This document shows positions 23,579-37,498 of a stretch of 64,000 nucleotides of DNA, piece by piece; within the stretch, counting starts at the first letter, position 1, and each line of letters begins with the position of its first letter. This stretch comes from Eukaryota sp. GEM-RC1 (Eukaryota): the NCBI GenBank assembly GCA_040285855.1, contig JAUFOQ010000002.1, forward strand, positions 1,426,001 to 1,490,000, in the 5' to 3' direction. Below the pieces are notes generated by a model. It ran no database searches, was not told the DNA's origin, and saw nothing but the letters and a program-made list of their open reading frames with translations. The position numbers were made by a program, and so were the translations under genes.

Positions 23579-26500
23579 TTATTCCTGTATTGGCTGGATT
23601 TTCTCAGAAACAATGCTTTTTAAATCTGCAGAAATTTGGACATTTGAAGTTGCAAGTAAATCAATAAGCGCATATGATAACAGATACTCTCCAATGTTAT
23701 TAAATTCCGTAATAATCAAATCCCAATCATCTAATCCCAGAAGAACGAGAACAGACAAAATGGGGTTATTAACTGCATACGTGTTTGCGAAACACTTTAG
23801 AGATTTTTCAATATTTTCATTATTTTTAAAAGCAACACTGCATAGTATTGCTTCAAGAAACATTTGATTATCCAATAGAATTTCTATTCCATTTTCCACT
23901 TGATTTAACCCTAAAAGAAGGGAAACTGCGACGAGAACTTTTCCATTTTTGAGTAAACTGTCGACTAATATCGTAACATCACTTGAAGATCCATTGACTT
24001 CTGTTGACTGGTGAATGATTGATAACAAAGAAATAACTAGGTGATAATCACAATCAAGTGAATCGGTCAAATATTGAACTGATTGACGACCCCGATTGAA
24101 TAGCATATCATATTCTGAAGACTCAGTTTTACTTTTGAGTGATTTGTTAATGGACATTGAACTGGATAAAAACTCATGACAATTTTGAAAAAAGTCGTTC
24201 AGCGAGGAAAAAAAAGAAGAGTATGAATAATGATTTTCGTGCTTAAGCTTTGATTCTGCTAAATGACAGGCAAAAAACCTCCAAAAATCACCCACAAGTG
24301 CACTACAATAAGAGAAACAAGAAAAAACGAAGAAAACGACTTGTCATCAGGTGCAACCACGATTGAGCTGAATAGCTCACAATCAGACACTTTGATTGGA
24401 TAGAAATTGAACAGATCAATACTACAGAAAGTATTGTGAGAACTAGACTTAACACCTTGCATAAGTTTTAAAGCTAAATTATTTAAAATTTTCCATTGGT
24501 CACGTTTAGGCCTCAACAAAAAGTATCCTGGTTTCAACATTGGAGGTTTACAGGCTTCAAGAGAACAAGGAACTATTCTAACAGAAGAATCAACCGCTAA
24601 AAGCACAGCAAACGAGCTTTCAATACCCCTGGAAGAATGAGCATCGACAAATCTCACGTCAACAGCTCTGGGAAGTCGTGCGATTTCAGCTGGAAGAACA
24701 GCAACAGTCGCGTCATCATCGAGAAATGCAGAGAAATCATTGTTGGACTTTTTTTCTGTTGGATTTGGTTTTTTGATTTTGTCTGGGGTCAAAATCGTGA
24801 CTTGGCCGTCACCCGTGCACGTGGCACTGATGAAATTTGATTGAAGATCTCCCGTAACCCTGATTGTCCTAACTAAAGAGGGTTTTTTGGCGGCAAATGG
24901 AACAGAATGTGTAGATTTTTCCTTAAAAGAGACCAAATGAAAACAACCCGTCACGTCACCAAAGATGACTTCTTGAGAATTCCAATGGATAGAAGAGATC
25001 AATTCCGACACATTAACATGGATTTTGGAAGGGTTCTGAATTACAAATTCCGAATTGGAGTCTGTAGATAGGTCAATATTACATACAGAATAGGCAACTG
25101 TTCCATCAACGAGAGCAATCATGAATCTGATAGTACCAGTAGGATTCTGATCAAAACAGGAAGTTGTCACGTGGCATGAAAAATCAGGAAGATCGATTTT
25201 GACCGGACAAAATCCATTTGAAAATCGATTTGTGTGATTGATTGCCTTGGTAAAGAAAGAACTCGTCATACTGCTATTACCCACAATCAAACTCGACTCT
25301 GAGCTCTTCATCGAAAAGAGATCATACATTTCTGGATTATCATCCTTAAACACGAATAAAATCAACCGACCCTTACAACCGAATGAAAAATGCCTTAGAT
25401 TAGAAGTGATACATGATAGATCAAAAGAGAGCAATCAAAAAGAGGATCGTGATTGGATTTCGAATCATAAATCGAGATCAAGGCCATTTGGTTTCTATAG
25501 GTGCCGTCTTTGTTTAAAGTCCAAGACGAAGCCAGGAAACCGTATTCTGTAAACTCAATTTGCCTAACCGCAGATGAAAACACATATGATCTGTATACAA
25601 GAGTATTTTCAAAAGGAGCAAATATTTGAATTATTCCAGTAGTTGTACCTACAGCAATCAAAAGCTTGTGAGTCTTTGAGAATCCTGTAGAAATACACGT
25701 GGTTGGGCTGACTCCTGGAGAAATAATAGTAGCCACTGACGACGAAAAGAATGCGAATCCTTTTCAGAATTGAGGTCCGAATTCTCGTCAAATTTTAAAT
25801 TTTCAACTTTTTCAACTCGATGAAGTGCCAAACGACCATCCGAAGTAAGAATAGACAATAACAGAGAATCTTCACTAGAACTTGAGAACTTGTAACCATA
25901 CCAAGGATTAACCATTACTGAAATCAATGAAACTGCATGGATTGCACTCTTGTCTTTAACAGACTTATTTAAATTCTTTAGTGGGTCAATAGAAGTGATT
26001 GCTTTGAAGTTATTGGATTTTGTTAAATGATAGATAATTATAATAGATCTACTTGAGACTGCATAGAACATATTTGAAAAGAAACCGCAAGAAGGTGGAA
26101 AAATTGAAAAATCTGGGTTTAGTTTTGGTCCAGTAAGCTCAACTTCCTTGAAAATCGAAGAAAACACAGCTGGCGCCTGATCAAAGGGGTTCTTGACAAA
26201 AGTAGTTATAACTGAAGAACAACAAAAGACAGAAAACTCGAGAAAGTTCTTGGGGGATACACATAAAACAGCTTCATGGAAAGTCAATATAGACTCCTTA
26301 TTAAAAGTCAATTCCATAGATTCAATTAAAAACTTAACACAAATCAGTGACTTCTTCCCATCAGCAGTTAAGAAGAAGAGGTTTCCAAAGAGAGGGTGAC
26401 AGTATACAGAGGAGATGGAAGTGGAAGACGGGATAATGACGTGAGCAATAACTTCACAAGAGAGATTTAGAAGGAGAATGATAGGATGATTGGCCAAAGT

Positions 26501-26926
26501 GACTAGTAGAAATGTTGGACCAACACTGCCTTGTGGTTGAAAGAAAGAAAGTGAGGAGAAGAGGTGGGGATGGTCAGAAGATGTCGATTCAGACAGAGAC
26601 AGAGAAGATGTCAGTAGTTCAAAGGTGGAGTGGCATCGAAGTTTGTTTTGAATGGTATCCCAAATAGTGAGGTTACCATTGACATCAGAAAAGACAATAA
26701 GAGAAGAATCGTCATCGTTTTCATGAGTGGCAATACTAGAGGGTGAAAGAGCAACACAAGTGACAATTGAAGCTGCGGGAATGGTGAGTAACACTCCATC
26801 CATGTTGCACAAATTGACTAAGGTACCACTACCATACGCGATAAGAGAAGAAGCATTCCAAGCAAGTACTTGGGGATGGTTGTGGCGATGAAGCCGTCCT
26901 GGTATTGAATATCCGAATAGAGACAT
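23579..26926 (-). CDS. WDR11: WDR11-like WD40 repeat protein
   Basis: N-terminal IPGRLH..LAW...LIAYGSG; LIAVGTTTG; FGDVTG; DSSVRI; helical C-terminus. Four ORFs joined by -1 shifts near 25748, 25424 and 24325; the last could instead be a 38-nt GT-AG intron. Confidence 0.7.
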
Positions 26927-27054
26927 TGAGAATTGATTGAAATCCTCTCAGTTTTCGTTCTTCAATTTCATACTACACAAACAAAGAGAACATATACATT
27001 GAGATATGGAAATTTTATATAAGTACATTGAACACAAGAAATAAATTACTATAG

Positions 27055-29619
27055 CTACAGATTATTTTCGAAAAATTCGATTTCCATGTTATACTTCTTC
27101 TTATACCAAACATAAAATGCTTTCAGACCGGCAGTTTCGGGAGTCCGTCCTAGTTGATCCTCTAGTGAAGTATACATGGCCTTATTGGCATCTAGATAGG
27201 TCTGCATGGGTTTAAAAAATGGAAACACTTTGACAAGAAGCAAAACCAGGGGCTCAACAAAGAAATTGATAAACTGTAATTGAACTTGTAATACGGTGCT
27301 CTTATCTTCATCTCGAGAGGCAGGAACAGATATCTTGAGCTCTTTTTCTTTCTTTCCTTGAAGGAAGAGCTCATATGACACTCTGAGTGCAGCTTCTGCA
27401 GCTAGTTTGGGTGATTTTGATTGATTATCTAGATCGACTAATTTAATCAGCAACTTCATCAATACTTTTCTATAAGCCAAACTATTCGTCCTCCAAGGTT
27501 TAGTTAGATTTCGACCATATCCTTGGGCACTCTGCAGGATAGAGAAATGCTGTGCAAGATCTGTGGCCATAATGCAATGCTTGACAGTTTTCAACAAAAT
27601 CGTCTTGTTTTCCAATGTAAGAAACTCTAGTAATTTAGACTGATCCAATATAGTCAGAGTATGTCGATAATGAAGATCCTCAAGCGAAACCTCTGATATA
27701 GACTTTCTCCTAGATTTATCTACCAGAGTTGAATACAGATCTGGTCTCAGGGTTTTATCTAAACATGCATTGACTCCAGGATGATCAAGGTCGTGGCACA
27801 GACAAGATATAACGAGACCAAGACGTTCTAGAGGTGAAAGGCATGAAGCCAAGGGACGACATCGAAGTAGGAAAACCATAGATGATGTGACTCCAATGGC
27901 GTGCGATATGTTGTGGAAGGCATTTGATGGTGTGTAGTAATCAATGATTAAATCAACGAAATTCTTGATTGCATCAGAAGTGATGATCACCCGGAAATCA
28001 TCGAGGTCGTTTAAAAAGTCAACAAATCCAGTAAACAACGAACACAAATACAATGAAATCGACGTCTTGTTCTCAGAACCTTTCTTCCAATAATCAAAAT
28101 TCCAACTTAAATTAGCTTCATCCTTTTTAAACATCTTCTCCACCTTTCTACTTCCAATACAAGTCAATCTGAACACCTTAGGTCTATCTGCATCTAACCA
28201 AGAGAAGTTCTGATTAAGCCTATCGTCAGCAGATCGATGGCTAAAGGAGAAGGTGGTAGCAGGGGGACTACCAGTTGCGTAGACAGTAGAGTCACCAACG
28301 ATACCAGGAAGTGAGGTTGATCTGGCAAGAACTGGAGTATATGACGCCGAAACTGATTGGCATAGTTTTGATTGGGATGATGACGGGATCAAACGTCGTA
28401 AAGGGCTCACGTCCTCTTCGAAATCATCAGAAATATTGGAGCTCTCCGATTGAGCAGGTGAAAGTGGCTCGTAACCACCCATTGTCAACGCTGCAGCATA
28501 AGGAACATTGTTGGGGTTATCAACTGAGAGCAGGGGTGAAGTGTAACAACGAGGTACATCATTAGGATGTCCTAAACTGGAGACACTGTCTCTTCTGTCT
28601 GATTTATCCCGTAATTTAGTTGATTGATCTTCAAGAACAATTGGTTTGGTTGAGGGGAGGGAAGATTCCAGAAAGAAAGAAGATGAATCAAAGATTTCAC
28701 TTTCAAAGGAGCAGATGCTGGTATCTGAACCATCATCACTGAAATCACTTTCCTCATCCGAATCACTCAAAAATGATTGAGTGGTGGAGTCATCACTGAA
28801 CTCTTCGTCGCCGTCACTTTCTTCTTCACGAATAGCAAGAGCTTCAAACGTACCGCAAACACGTTCAAAACACCGACCTATCAGTTCCTTTATCCAAGGA
28901 CATAGAGGTGCAGAAGTGTAAGTTAGGGAAACTAAACTGCCCAGATCAAGATCTCGAAGGACGTTGAGCTGGGGGAACCAGGAAGTGATGAAGTCAGGCT
29001 GAGTGGGAGCAGCAGCAACAGTGGAACAAGAATCGAAAGAGATGAATCCGGGCTTGTGGTTGACGGAGGAAGCGGGTGAGAATTGTTCCGTGATGGCTGG
29101 AAGGGAGGAATCAGAGGGAGAATTAGAGAGGCTTTCAGGGACGACGTTTTTTGATCGAAGTGCAGGGAGAAAGTCAAAAAAGACAGACGAGAAAGCGTCA
29201 GAAGTTCGAGTGAGAAGGACTCCAACATCTGGATGGAGTTCGGAAAGAACTTCTTGAAGAGAAGAGCTAGAAAGAACGTAAGCAGTTAAGGGACTGAGCG
29301 CAATGACGTCACTTCTACAAGGAGAGTTGCTAACAAGTTCTAACTCACCAATAAAAGCACCAGGACCGATCGTGGTTACATCCACGAATTGAGAGACGAG
29401 TTCACATTTGACTTTAGCGGAACCTTGTAGGATAATATAAGCAGGACCATACTCACCAGTACGGATAAGGATGTCATCAGTCTGAAAGTGACGGATAGGT
29501 AGGTTTAAAGAATGGAAAGACCAAGAAGAGAGATTTCGCTAAGATGAAAAAAGATGTGTACGGCATACAGGTTTCCAAACTTCTGGTGGAATCGAGGACA
29601 GCGATGTAGAGGTTGACAT
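27055..29619 (-). CDS. Class I cyclic nucleotide phosphodiesterase with an N-terminal cNMP-binding domain
   Basis: GAFIGELEL..PCRSDVIA (cNMP); FHNISHA, HDLDHPG, ATDLAQH, KLVDL, ELFLQG, QFINFFVEP (PDEase I). The 5' end assumes a 30-nt intron at 29539-29568 and is uncertain. Confidence 0.88.
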
Positions 29620-29953
29620 AGGTTCAAAGACACATAAATTTCTGGGTTAAATCTCTAGAAATACCAATCAGATGTTGATTGCATAGTGTGCTCACTTGCA
29701 TCTATACACTGATGAACCGAGAACATTCCAGACCATGGTTTCTGATCTCAGGACTGCAGATGACGCTTATGATTCAGAGGAGAAACTCACTCAGGGTTTG
29801 TTTTCCATTATTGACATAAATAGATGCAGTTCCTCAGTATCAGTGATGACACGAAATGTACATTGTAAGTTGTGAAGGTTTACAGACACCAGTGTTATAC
29901 TAACCTAGTCCAATGTTATTTACAGATTTTCACATTTTATTTTTAGTGCTATA

Positions 29954-30912
29954 GAGGGATGCGAAAAAATATATTGTTATTTTATTTATTGCAATAAATA
30001 TTCACAATAAATTTATTGTTGGTCAAAACAATAACAATATATTTATTGTGAGTCCCAGCAATAAACAATAATATTGCAATAATATTGTTTATTGTGACAA
30101 TAATTTTCATCACTAAAATCATCCATCTGTTTGATGTTACATGCAATTTTGCTTCCATTTGGGAGTAAGAAGATGTGTTGTGGGAGAAGTAGTCCTCTGA
30201 AGAGCTTTCACTTCAGGAAAAACAACCTAGACAAAAGAGTATACTATTTGTTTAAGTCAAATTGTTGACTGTTTGGCTTTTAAACTGCCGTAGTTCAACA
30301 AAGTCTAAATGGCAATCAAGAACTGATGACCGTAAGAGTGAGAAACATTCAGAAGAACTTTTTGCGTGGGACATACCAAGCAAGTCGAACGACTATTTAG
30401 TCGTGCTAACGTGACTACTGAAACCCTTCGCAAAAGACTATATACATCAAGTCTGGAAAAACAACTTTTTTTTTGAAAAAAAACGGATTTATGTGCGGAG
30501 AAAAACACATAATAAGAAAACAACAAATAAATGAACACTATTAAAACAAATTATCAAACGAACTACCTAATTTCGAAAAGTAGTTGCCTCCAAACAACTT
30601 GGACAAAATGGAATCAACATATCTTTTATAGATGTATAACTCTCATCTATGGTGAAGATACTGTTCGCAAAAGTCGTAATACTAACCCTTGACTTAGTTG
30701 TTGGACAACGAAGGAGGTTTTTCGGATGATAGCGAATAGACCACAAAAAAATGAGTCATCGGATTGCGTAGAAATATTGCCAATATATTTATTTATTTAT
30801 TTGTAAACTTGACAATACCAATATATTTATTGTTGGCCACAACAATAACAATATATTTATTTTCGTCGTGAACAATAATTTATTTAAATAAATATATTTT
30901 TTCGCATCCCTG
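29954..30912. mobile_element. hAT-type non-autonomous element
   Basis: TIR (G/C)AGGGATGCGAAAAAATATATT; perfect 8-bp TSD GTGCTATA; CAATA/TATTG subterminal repeats. Confidence 0.92.
30476..30624 (-). mobile_element. 3' fragment of a CRE-like retroposon nested in the hAT element
   Basis: Reverse complement of about 44062-44207. Confidence 0.85.
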
Positions 30913-31029
30913 GTGCTATACCATTAGAAAGGATTTTACTTGTTCTTTATTGATTAATCGGATTAGGGTAACGCCTCTTAGAAGTGTTCCTGATCGTCTA
31001 AGTTCCATGTAATCCAAATTGTATTTGTA

Positions 31030-32908
31030 TTATCACGACTCTCCTGCGAGTTGATTGCGCAAAATACTTGTGCAATTTGCAATTGGGGTCCCTGATGGCA
31101 CATCTTCACCTTTGGAGTTCATTTTTGATGGGCATACTATTCCTTTTCCATTTACAGTGTCGACGCTATTAAGTTTTTGGGTACTTTCATTGGTAATGGC
31201 GCTCAAATACACCTGAAGTTATTGGGAAAAATTTCTGTAAAGCTTAAACAGATTCTTCAGCTGAAAATTGGTAAGCATTTTTCTTTTTCTCTTTTGACGA
31301 CGTGTTTTGCGTCCAAAATCAATCACTTTTGCGCTCAATCAATCCTGTACTGACTCTTGATTTACCGACAAAGTATAATTCTTTGTGAACTAAGTTATTA
31401 AGCAAGGAGTTTTTATATTTATTTGAAAATTTGTGTTCAGAATTTGGCAGGAAGTCTAACAGATCGTACTGGAAGAGTACATTTGCTTTTTCGATTTTTA
31501 GGTCTTTCTATAGATATGTTGATTACATTTTGTCCAAGTTGTTTGGAGGCAACTACTTTTCGAAATTAGGTAGTTCGTTTGATAATTTGTTTTACTAGTG
31601 TTTATTTATTTGTTGTTTTCTTGTTGTGTGTTTTTCTCCGCACATAAATCCGCTTTTTTTGTTCTTAAGTGATCTTGTAGAGGTTAATGACCCGAAATTG
31701 CCTTATCGCGCTTATTCATCGGCTAATTTTGGCGGTGTAGGGTTTTTGGAGCTTCATACTTAAATACAAGTGCGTTAATTGGTGGAATGAAGAATTTTCT
31801 ATTTGAATTTAAATCCAGATACGGTTTTTTGTTTAATGAAAATCTCATTCATCATACTCCTTGGCTAAGTTCGTTAGTCTCAGTTATTGACAATTTGGAT
31901 TTGGATATTTGGAACAGCTGTTTTCCTTCTCATTTACCCAGTATTCCTGAAAAATCTCCATTGTCTCTCCCTTTATGTGTGGTCAAACTTCAAAATAAGC
32001 ATTTGAAGGCATTTGAAAACCTGGATTTTGAAAATCGTTTTAGTGTTACTAAAATTAATAATCCCGTTTTTACTGATTTCTTAAATGATATTACGAATTC
32101 AACTTGTTTGATCACTCAACAACCACGTCCTTTTGGTTTGCATGTGTCTGATGAGACTTGGAAATTAAATACGCGATTGCGTTTAGGTTTGTTTCCTGCA
32201 GAATTGCTGGACAATTCTGAATGTGTTTGTAGTCATCGTCGCATTGCAACTTTTAGAATGTAATTAATTGCCCCAAATTTATTCAATTTCGCTCAGTTCT
32301 TCATAATGCTGTCAGAGATGTTACATTTGAAATGTTTAAAGCTCTTGGATTTCATGCCAAAGTTGAACCTTTATTGATTGAGTTGGGTCTTGATGTAATG
32401 AATAATTCTCGTCGAGGTGTCTTACATGGTCCTTTTGTTGATTCTAGTCAAATTATCCTTGATGTTACAACAGAAAATCCATGTGCTCAAACTTATGTTG
32501 ATGGCTTAAATTCAAAAGGATTCAATCACCTAGAAACAGTTGAAAAACGTAAAATTGATTTGTATTCCAAAGATGTTGCTAAACTCAATCAAAATTTATA
32601 TTCAAAATTTGTGTTTGTTCTATTTGATATTTCTATTTATGGTAGTACAGTATTAGTGAAATGGCTTCTAAGTTTTAACTGATTTTGGATTTATGTGTAA
32701 GTCTCAGAATAAGAGATTTAACTTATCAATTTGGCATAACCGTTTGATTTTTTCTTTGTTCCGCTCGGTGCCTACTAGTAAGATCTTTAAATCAATTTTC
32801 ACAAAGTTGTACAAAAACTGTGGTACTGTTGACCAGGACTTTTCGGTGTCTAGTGTTTCATCGCTTTATTTTGATAAGTATTGTACCCACCATCAATAAA
32901 CTGTTTTT
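31030..32908 (+). mobile_element. Decayed CRE-like RLE retroposon (RT C-terminal part, zinc knuckle, endonuclease)
   Basis: IKFLGTFIG, FGGVG, RLRLG, CVCS..INC, HNAVRD, VEPLL and IILDVTT motifs. Left boundary approximate. Confidence 0.85.
31403..31660 (+). mobile_element. CRE-like 3' fragment nested in another CRE copy
   Basis: Matches 43954-44207; flanked by GTTATTAAG / GTTCTTAAG (9-bp TSD, one mismatch); ends in a T-run. Confidence 0.85.
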
Positions 32909-33171
32909 CAGACTGAACAACTTGATAACCATAAAACAACATCCATCAATACTGAATTTTACAACAGCTTTTTCTTCATAAAAGAACTCAAGTTAAGCCA
33001 GACAGTATACATGTATTGTAGAGTCATTACGAAAGAATTCCGTCCTGGACAAACTTGCTGAATCATTACTCATTCTTCAATGTCTTCTTTTTTGACAACA
33101 ATACAATTTATGGAACAAAAACACTAAAATAAACATAAATACTAGAATTCAATATCATTAAAGCAACAATC

Positions 33172-33904
33172 CAGTGTTGTACCATATCTGCCATGCGCGC
33201 CATGCGCGCCATGCGTCCATAGGCGCATGGCATTGTCTGATTATGGCCGTGTTGTTATGGCGTGTTAACACGTGTTGTTATTCCAACAATGACACTGTAC
33301 TACATGAGCATATACAGTAGTTCTATGATACGTATACTTAAAGAATGTTATTTATTAAACCTATATGAAGAGCTCTAATAGTCAGAATCGCTGTCCATGC
33401 TGTGTTCTGTCCATCTTTGTTTCATAAGACCAGCTTGTTTCTGGAATTTGGAAGTAAAGTGCACATACACTAACTTCCTAGCTCTTTTGGTTGTGAGCCG
33501 GTTCCTTCTGTTTGAGTGAATAAAGGCATAGGAACTCCAAACCCTTTCACATGCTCCTGCTGAACATACTTGTGAAATTTACTTAATGGCAAGCTTCTTG
33601 ACTACACAGGATGCTGTACCATTTGATTTCCACCATGTAACAGGAGTAAGAGAATCATCAAAATCAGAACTCGATTCAAATTGATTGTGAAATGAATTGT
33701 ATGAGAACAGATTTGCACTTACAAACCAATAAAACATACTGGGATATATCGATATGTCTTCATTTACGTAATATCTACTAACTTGGTTGGATATCGAAAA
33801 TATTGCCAATGCGCCATGCGTATTTTCGCGCCATGCGTCCGAAAGCCATGACCCATAGGCCATAGGCGCATGGCATTTGAAAATTCGGTTATGGTACAAC
33901 ACTA
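33172..33904 (-). mobile_element. hAT deletion derivative with a transposase C-terminal remnant
   Basis: TIR (C/T)AGTGTTGTACCATA; GCCATGC repeats; minus strand PVTWWKSNG...ISQVCSAGACERVWSSYAFIHSNRRNRL..RARKLVYVH (hAT dimerisation domain). TSD degenerate. Confidence 0.9.
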
Positions 33905-34574
33905 CAACTGAATTCATTTGGGGTGCTAAGCATCTAGATACTCCCCAAAATCATTTTACCCCAAAAACTCTTCACCCCATAACCACATATCCCCAAACTG
34001 ATTCACTTATACCTTCTTTGATGGATTCCATACATCTTTTGATATCAAGTGTTGAGCTTCTTTCAAGATAGAGACGTGTTTGCAGGTATTCGTTCTTAGA
34101 CTTGTGAACCGTGTTCATCCATGTCATGAATAAACTCAACGTTGTACAACCATCCTACAACACATACATCACATTGACATCTTATCCTCCAAAACAAAAC
34201 ACTAAGGTTTGCTACAACTCTGCTGGTTTGCTACAACTATGATCGTGTAATACACTGCTGTGTCTTCAGTCATTTTGGACTGCATTTTTGTATAGCTAAA
34301 TTGAAGCTAATGATGTGTTTGTAGACAGTACAATGTACCAAACTGACCAATTGCAGTTGTATTTATAGGAGTCAGATCAAATTCTGAATTGACTGCACAC
34401 AAATAATTGCACCTCAATACATGCCCTTTACTTTAACAAACTGGGACCTTCTTCTAGATGGCGAAGAATTTCAACAACTTCGTCAGGATGCTATCTGGAA
34501 TGAGACTAAGGTCAACGACATCAAGTCCATGAAGCTTCCACAGAAGACACAAAGACACAAAGTTATAACTACAT

Positions 34575-34860
34575 GTACAACATTTGGTGATACAACATTT
34601 GTAATGACAACATTTGTAATGACAACATTTGGTGATACAACATTTGGTGATACAACATTTGTAACTACAACATTTGGTGATACAACATTTGTAACTACAA
34701 CATTTGGTGATACAACATTTGTAACTACAACATTTGGTGATACAACATTTGTAACTACAACATTTGGTGATACAACATTTGTAACTACAACATTTGGTGA
34801 TACAACATTTGTAACTACAACATTTGGTGATACAACATTTGGTGATACAACATTTGTAAT
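34575..34860. repeat. 15/30-bp minisatellite (ACAACATTTGGTGAT / ACAACATTTGTAACT)
   Basis: About 19 tandem 15-mers alternating into a 30-bp higher-order unit. Confidence 0.95.
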
Positions 34861-34891
34861 GAAAGTGTCGTATGTGTAATGAATTGTTGAC

Positions 34892-36795
34892 CTAGACATT
34901 GATATTTTTTTTAAACACAACCAATAAAATATACAACCTCAGTTTATCAAACTTAACTAACACTACTATATCCCCCATCACCCTCGCAAACATCACAGCC
35001 AACGAAAACGACTCCTTATATCCAATCCCACAACAATACTCACACATCACTTCACGAAATTCATCCAATATTCCCAAACAATGTTCATCACACATCACTT
35101 CATCATTTAAATCTAATATCGACATAACAAAAGTATTGGTCAACGACAACACATTAAAGTACTTGTCCCTATCATTCAAATGAAAACTCAAAATTTCCGC
35201 CATCAATAAATTTAAATCTTTTAACAACTGAAGTTTCAAACTCATATGTGATTGACAGTCTGATGTTGTACCACTTTGGTTCCAATGCAGTGGTACAATA
35301 TCGTGGACAATTGTAAGAACCTTTGTTTCTGTCTGCATGGAAATAGTACGAGTATTGTTCAAGTTGTTTTCAAGGTCTGTCTGAATACCAAGAGAATTTG
35401 GTAATCTGTTGACAGATTCAGTGTCCACATGATTTGTTAATTTTTTTGATAATTTCAAACTAGGTAAATTCGAATTTGGTTTGAGAGTATTTCGAGACAA
35501 TAGATTTGGTCTCAATTTAGGCAAAGTAGTAATTGTTGTTTTTTTCAGTTTTGGCACATGTTTGTTAAAAATTAAGTCAGAATTGATGGCACTTACACTT
35601 TGATTATTGAGACACTCATCTTCATCATCATTCACAACAAAATCATTCATACTAGACGACGCATCGTCATCATCATCAGTTTCATCATCTCCACTATCAC
35701 TTCCAGAGACAACAACTTCATTATCGAATAATTCTAAAACTGAATTAGAAGTGGTATTCAAATTTTCAATTTTTGGAACATCTTCCACCAAATCTTCCTC
35801 AATTTCTTCATTGACTGGATCAAGAACATCAACAGTTTCCATACTTTCACCAACAATAGAAATAATATTGGACGAAAATTCATCAAAAGTTTTCAACACA
35901 GAAGGCCAATTTCTAACAATTCTTTCATCTTCTAATGGCAAAGGATAAAGAGGTTTTGTAACCGGTCGACAGGGGTGAAAAGTGGAATAATACCACTGAT
36001 AAAGATCAATTCTTGGTTTGGGAAATCTTGAAGAAATATCTAAAATTTTAATTGAGTTCCAGTTCTTCACTCGACTCAATGTAACGTACAATTGGGCATA
36101 TTCCCAAAAATTTAATGATACTTCAATTCCTTCAATTGTTAGTCCCTGAGATCTATGGACTGTTATTGCCCAACAAGGACGAAGAGGATATTGCAATCGG
36201 GATGCTATAATTACAGGCTTTTTCTTCTCATTCAACACCTCAATTTCAAATTTAGTCGGAATAATTTTGATTGGTTCTTCGTCCCTCCCGAATCTTACAT
36301 TAATGAAATGTGAACTTTCCGAAAAATCAATAATTTTGCCTTTTGACCCATTTACTAGGCCCAGATCTGGTCTGTTTTGGGTAAACATTACCAAACCTCC
36401 GACAACACAGTGAAATTTTTGTTCGGCAAAATCGTTTAGCCTACTTGATAATTTTTTTAAATTTAAATCAACAGCCTTTTCCATTTGTTCCTCATTAGGC
36501 TTACCAAATGCCCAACTCTTTACAATTTCTGATTTAATTAAGGGTTCATTGAACTTATCGAGGGAATGAAATTCAACATTTTCATTCCCTTGTTCACATA
36601 ATAATTCAAATTGCTTTAAATTTTCGTCGGCGACATCCTTGTTTCTAGCAAATAATTTGGTTGGACTTTCAATATTTTTGGCTAATGACTTATGTTTCAA
36701 TAAAATATGTTTCATATAGTCATCAAAAAGTCCGAGACGTATTTCATTCAAAAAATTATAAAAATTGACATCACCTTGTTGTCGGATACTTCTGT
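34892..36795 (-). CDS. PIF1-family helicase, C-terminal half plus acidic tail; N-terminal ATPase half absent
   Basis: SIRQQGDVNFYNFLNEIRLG, VMFTQN..LGLVNGSKG, RLQYPLRPCWAITVHRSQGLTI and QLYVTLSRV motifs. An in-frame stop lies just upstream near 36798; no Walker A/B found. Confidence 0.88.
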
Positions 36796-37498
36796 TTTAT
36801 TGATCAGTACTACTCAATTAGCGGTTAACCATTCTGTTCGGGCTGACCTTTGTATAATCTTTGATCTGCCAAATGATGCCAGACATGTTTACAATTTGTA
36901 TGAACATAATCAAAAAATCGTTGTCTTTTACGATTCTATCCGTGATAAGGACAATAAGCAAAATTTGGAAAAACACTTCTTTAGACCCTCAGGATTGCAA
37001 GCACTTGATTTTATATAGTCTTTCAATAATTCATTGATGTTTTTTTTATTATGTAGAACAATATAATAATTATAAGTCTTTATTACAATTTTTTCTTTAT
37101 TTATCAATCAACGAAGAAGTTGATTGATTGGGTTTATCTGGTCTAAATTTATAATTTATACCATGATTTTTCACATAAACTATGCTACCACATCTACACT
37201 GAATATGTAACAAATTGGTCTGGTTTTATATGTCACATTTTCTGACATACTAAATCTGTAACAAATTTCTGTCAGATTTCAGGTGGATGAAATTCACGGA
37301 TTGTTCTGTGTGTAATAACTATGTAACAAAACATTGGTATTCAGACTACGTCTGACACAGTTCAAACTGCAAAATTGAACATTGTAATATTGTACAATTA
37401 TTATTGTTTATTTGCTGTGTTATTCTTATATGTTATACAAAATTATAAATACATCTATATTGTACTATTTATTCTCTATCACTATCAATTCATTTTTT

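Noticed and set aside
25658..25760. Euplotes-type frameshifting at stop codons
   Set aside because: WDR11-like sequence resumes in the new frame about 25 codons before the stop of the old frame, so the shift is not at the stop.
34575..34860. CRISPR array, or the 152-aa and 145-aa repeat ORFs as genes
   Set aside because: No unique spacers; it is a pure minisatellite, and the ORFs arise from stop-free 15-mers.
36563..36575. 13-nt match to the putative guide (GGAATGAAATTCA) inside the PIF1 ORF
   Set aside because: Too short and AT-rich to exclude chance while the guide start is undefined.
34892..36795. Calling the Fanzor block a Helitron
   Set aside because: No HUH/Y2 Rep motifs and no hairpin-CTRR end identified; PIF1 alone is not diagnostic.
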